A stretch of DNA of 63,319 nt, filler included, from Octopus bimaculoides (Eukaryota): assembly GCF_001194135.2 (NCBI RefSeq). It is 8 parts of 7 records of this genome, joined end to end, with 100 filler letters (N's around TTAATTAATTAA, not from the genome) between each part and the next. Parts side by side here need not be neighbours in the genome. Positions count along the whole stretch, not along the records: positions 60,448 to 63,319 come from NW_026374175.1; 7 more parts are not named here. The stretch is one strand, 5' to 3'. Shown here in pieces: positions 62,129-63,319 of this stretch (position 1 is its first letter; every line of letters begins with the position of its first letter). The position numbers were made by a program, and so were the translations under genes. Below the pieces are notes generated by a model. That model was given only the letters and a program-made list of their open reading frames with translations. It was not told the DNA's origin and did no database searches.

Positions 62129-62236
62129 TATAATCTCATCAAATTTCACATAACAAACTTTAGCAGACGATACCGGACGCCATTTTCGATCAATAACACG
62201 TGAAGCAAAACGGTTTGCTTGAACGCCGCCTCGATT

Positions 62237-62620
62237 ATACACACATACATACATATATACATACACACATACATACATACATACATACATACATACATAC
62301 ATACACACATACATACATACATACATAGTACATACATACATACATACGTACATACATACATACATACATACATACATACATACAATCACATACATTCATA
62401 GTACATACATACATTCACAGTACATACATATATACATACATACACACACACATACATACATACAAACATACATACATAATTACATACATAGTACATACAT
62501 GCAAACGTACATACGTACGTACGTACGTACGTACATAAATCATACATAGTACATACATACTTCCTACATATACATACATAAATATATATGCATTACATAT
62601 AAATATAGAAATACATACAC
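62237..62620. repeat. Degenerate (TACA)n tract
   Basis: Direct inspection. Confidence 0.9.
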
Positions 62621-62783
62621 ACAAATATATATATGTATTTATATATATATGTGTTTGTGTGTGTATGTATACGCCCCCCCCCNNNNNNNNNNCTTCTACC
62701 CTTTCTCTCCTTCGCTTTCCTTTTCCTATGTCGCCTCACGTCCCCTCTCTCTTCCTCTCTCTATCTTTCTCCCTCTCATAATT

Positions 62784-62821
<38 letters not shown>

Positions 62822-63237
62822 TCCTCTCTCTCTTTCTCTGTCTTTCTCTTTATCATTCTTCCGTCACTCCCTCTGTCCTTTTCACTTCTTATTTCTTCTT
62901 CCTCTCGCTCACTCTTCCTCTTGCCATCACACACACCCACACGCACACACGTACCTACAGACACACACACACACGTTTAATCCCTCTCTCTCTCTCTTTC
63001 AGTCTCTACGACACTGTTTGCACTCTCTCTCTCTCCTTGTTCCTCTCCCCCCTCTAATATCTTCTCTCCGTCACTGCTTCGTCACGGACAGCCACTTTCA
63101 CTACCCCCATCCCCCTCTCTCCAACGCTCTGCAACCCTCTCTTACACACAGTCTCTCCCCTTTCCGCTCTCTCACTCTCTCTCCCTCTCTCTCTCACACA
63201 CACAAACTATCGTTCTCTATGACACATTCTCCACTCT

Positions 63238-63319
63238 CTTCCTCCACCTCCCACTTCCTCCACCTCCCACTTCCTCCACCTCCCACTTCCTCCACCTCCC
63301 ACTTCCTCCACCTCCCACT
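63238..63319. repeat. 16-bp minisatellite (CTTCCTCCACCTCCCA)n
   Basis: About 5 perfect copies running to the window end. Confidence 0.92.

Overview
AT-rich, microsatellite-saturated eukaryotic DNA. The SINE/LINE repertoire resembles what I recall from octopod cephalopods (Octopus-like; inference, not a database result). The window is fragmented: many N gaps are flanked by (TA)n/(CA)n, and seven identical 100-bp artificial spacers (44 N + TTAATTAATTAA + 44 N) split it into eight pieces whose order and adjacency cannot be assumed. Only one host coding exon is secure: a minus-strand 154-nt TSP1-repeat exon (54967-55120) of an ADAMTS-like protein, most similar to the last TSP1 repeat of THSD4/ADAMTSL4-type proteins. 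The rest is mainly decayed transposons (mariner, Tc1, Tigger/pogo, Chapaev3, R4/Dong LINEs, Penelope-like elements, several tRNA-derived SINE families), simple repeats and a few low-confidence candidate exons. Most interesting non-genic signals: an apparently intact minimal Penelope-type hammerhead ribozyme (1147-1182), a loop-less tail-to-tail SINE palindrome just upstream of the TSP1 exon (possible ADAR substrate), a ~153-bp satellite built from a retroposon 3' tail, an RT-less R4/Dong derivative, a 127-bp fold-back element, two degenerate ~40-bp arrays with internal dyads, and a duplicated ~150-bp module downstream of an octamer motif. No confirmed novel biological system is evident; all such leads are hypotheses. 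Repeat boundaries are approximate (about +/-20 bp) unless termini are stated.
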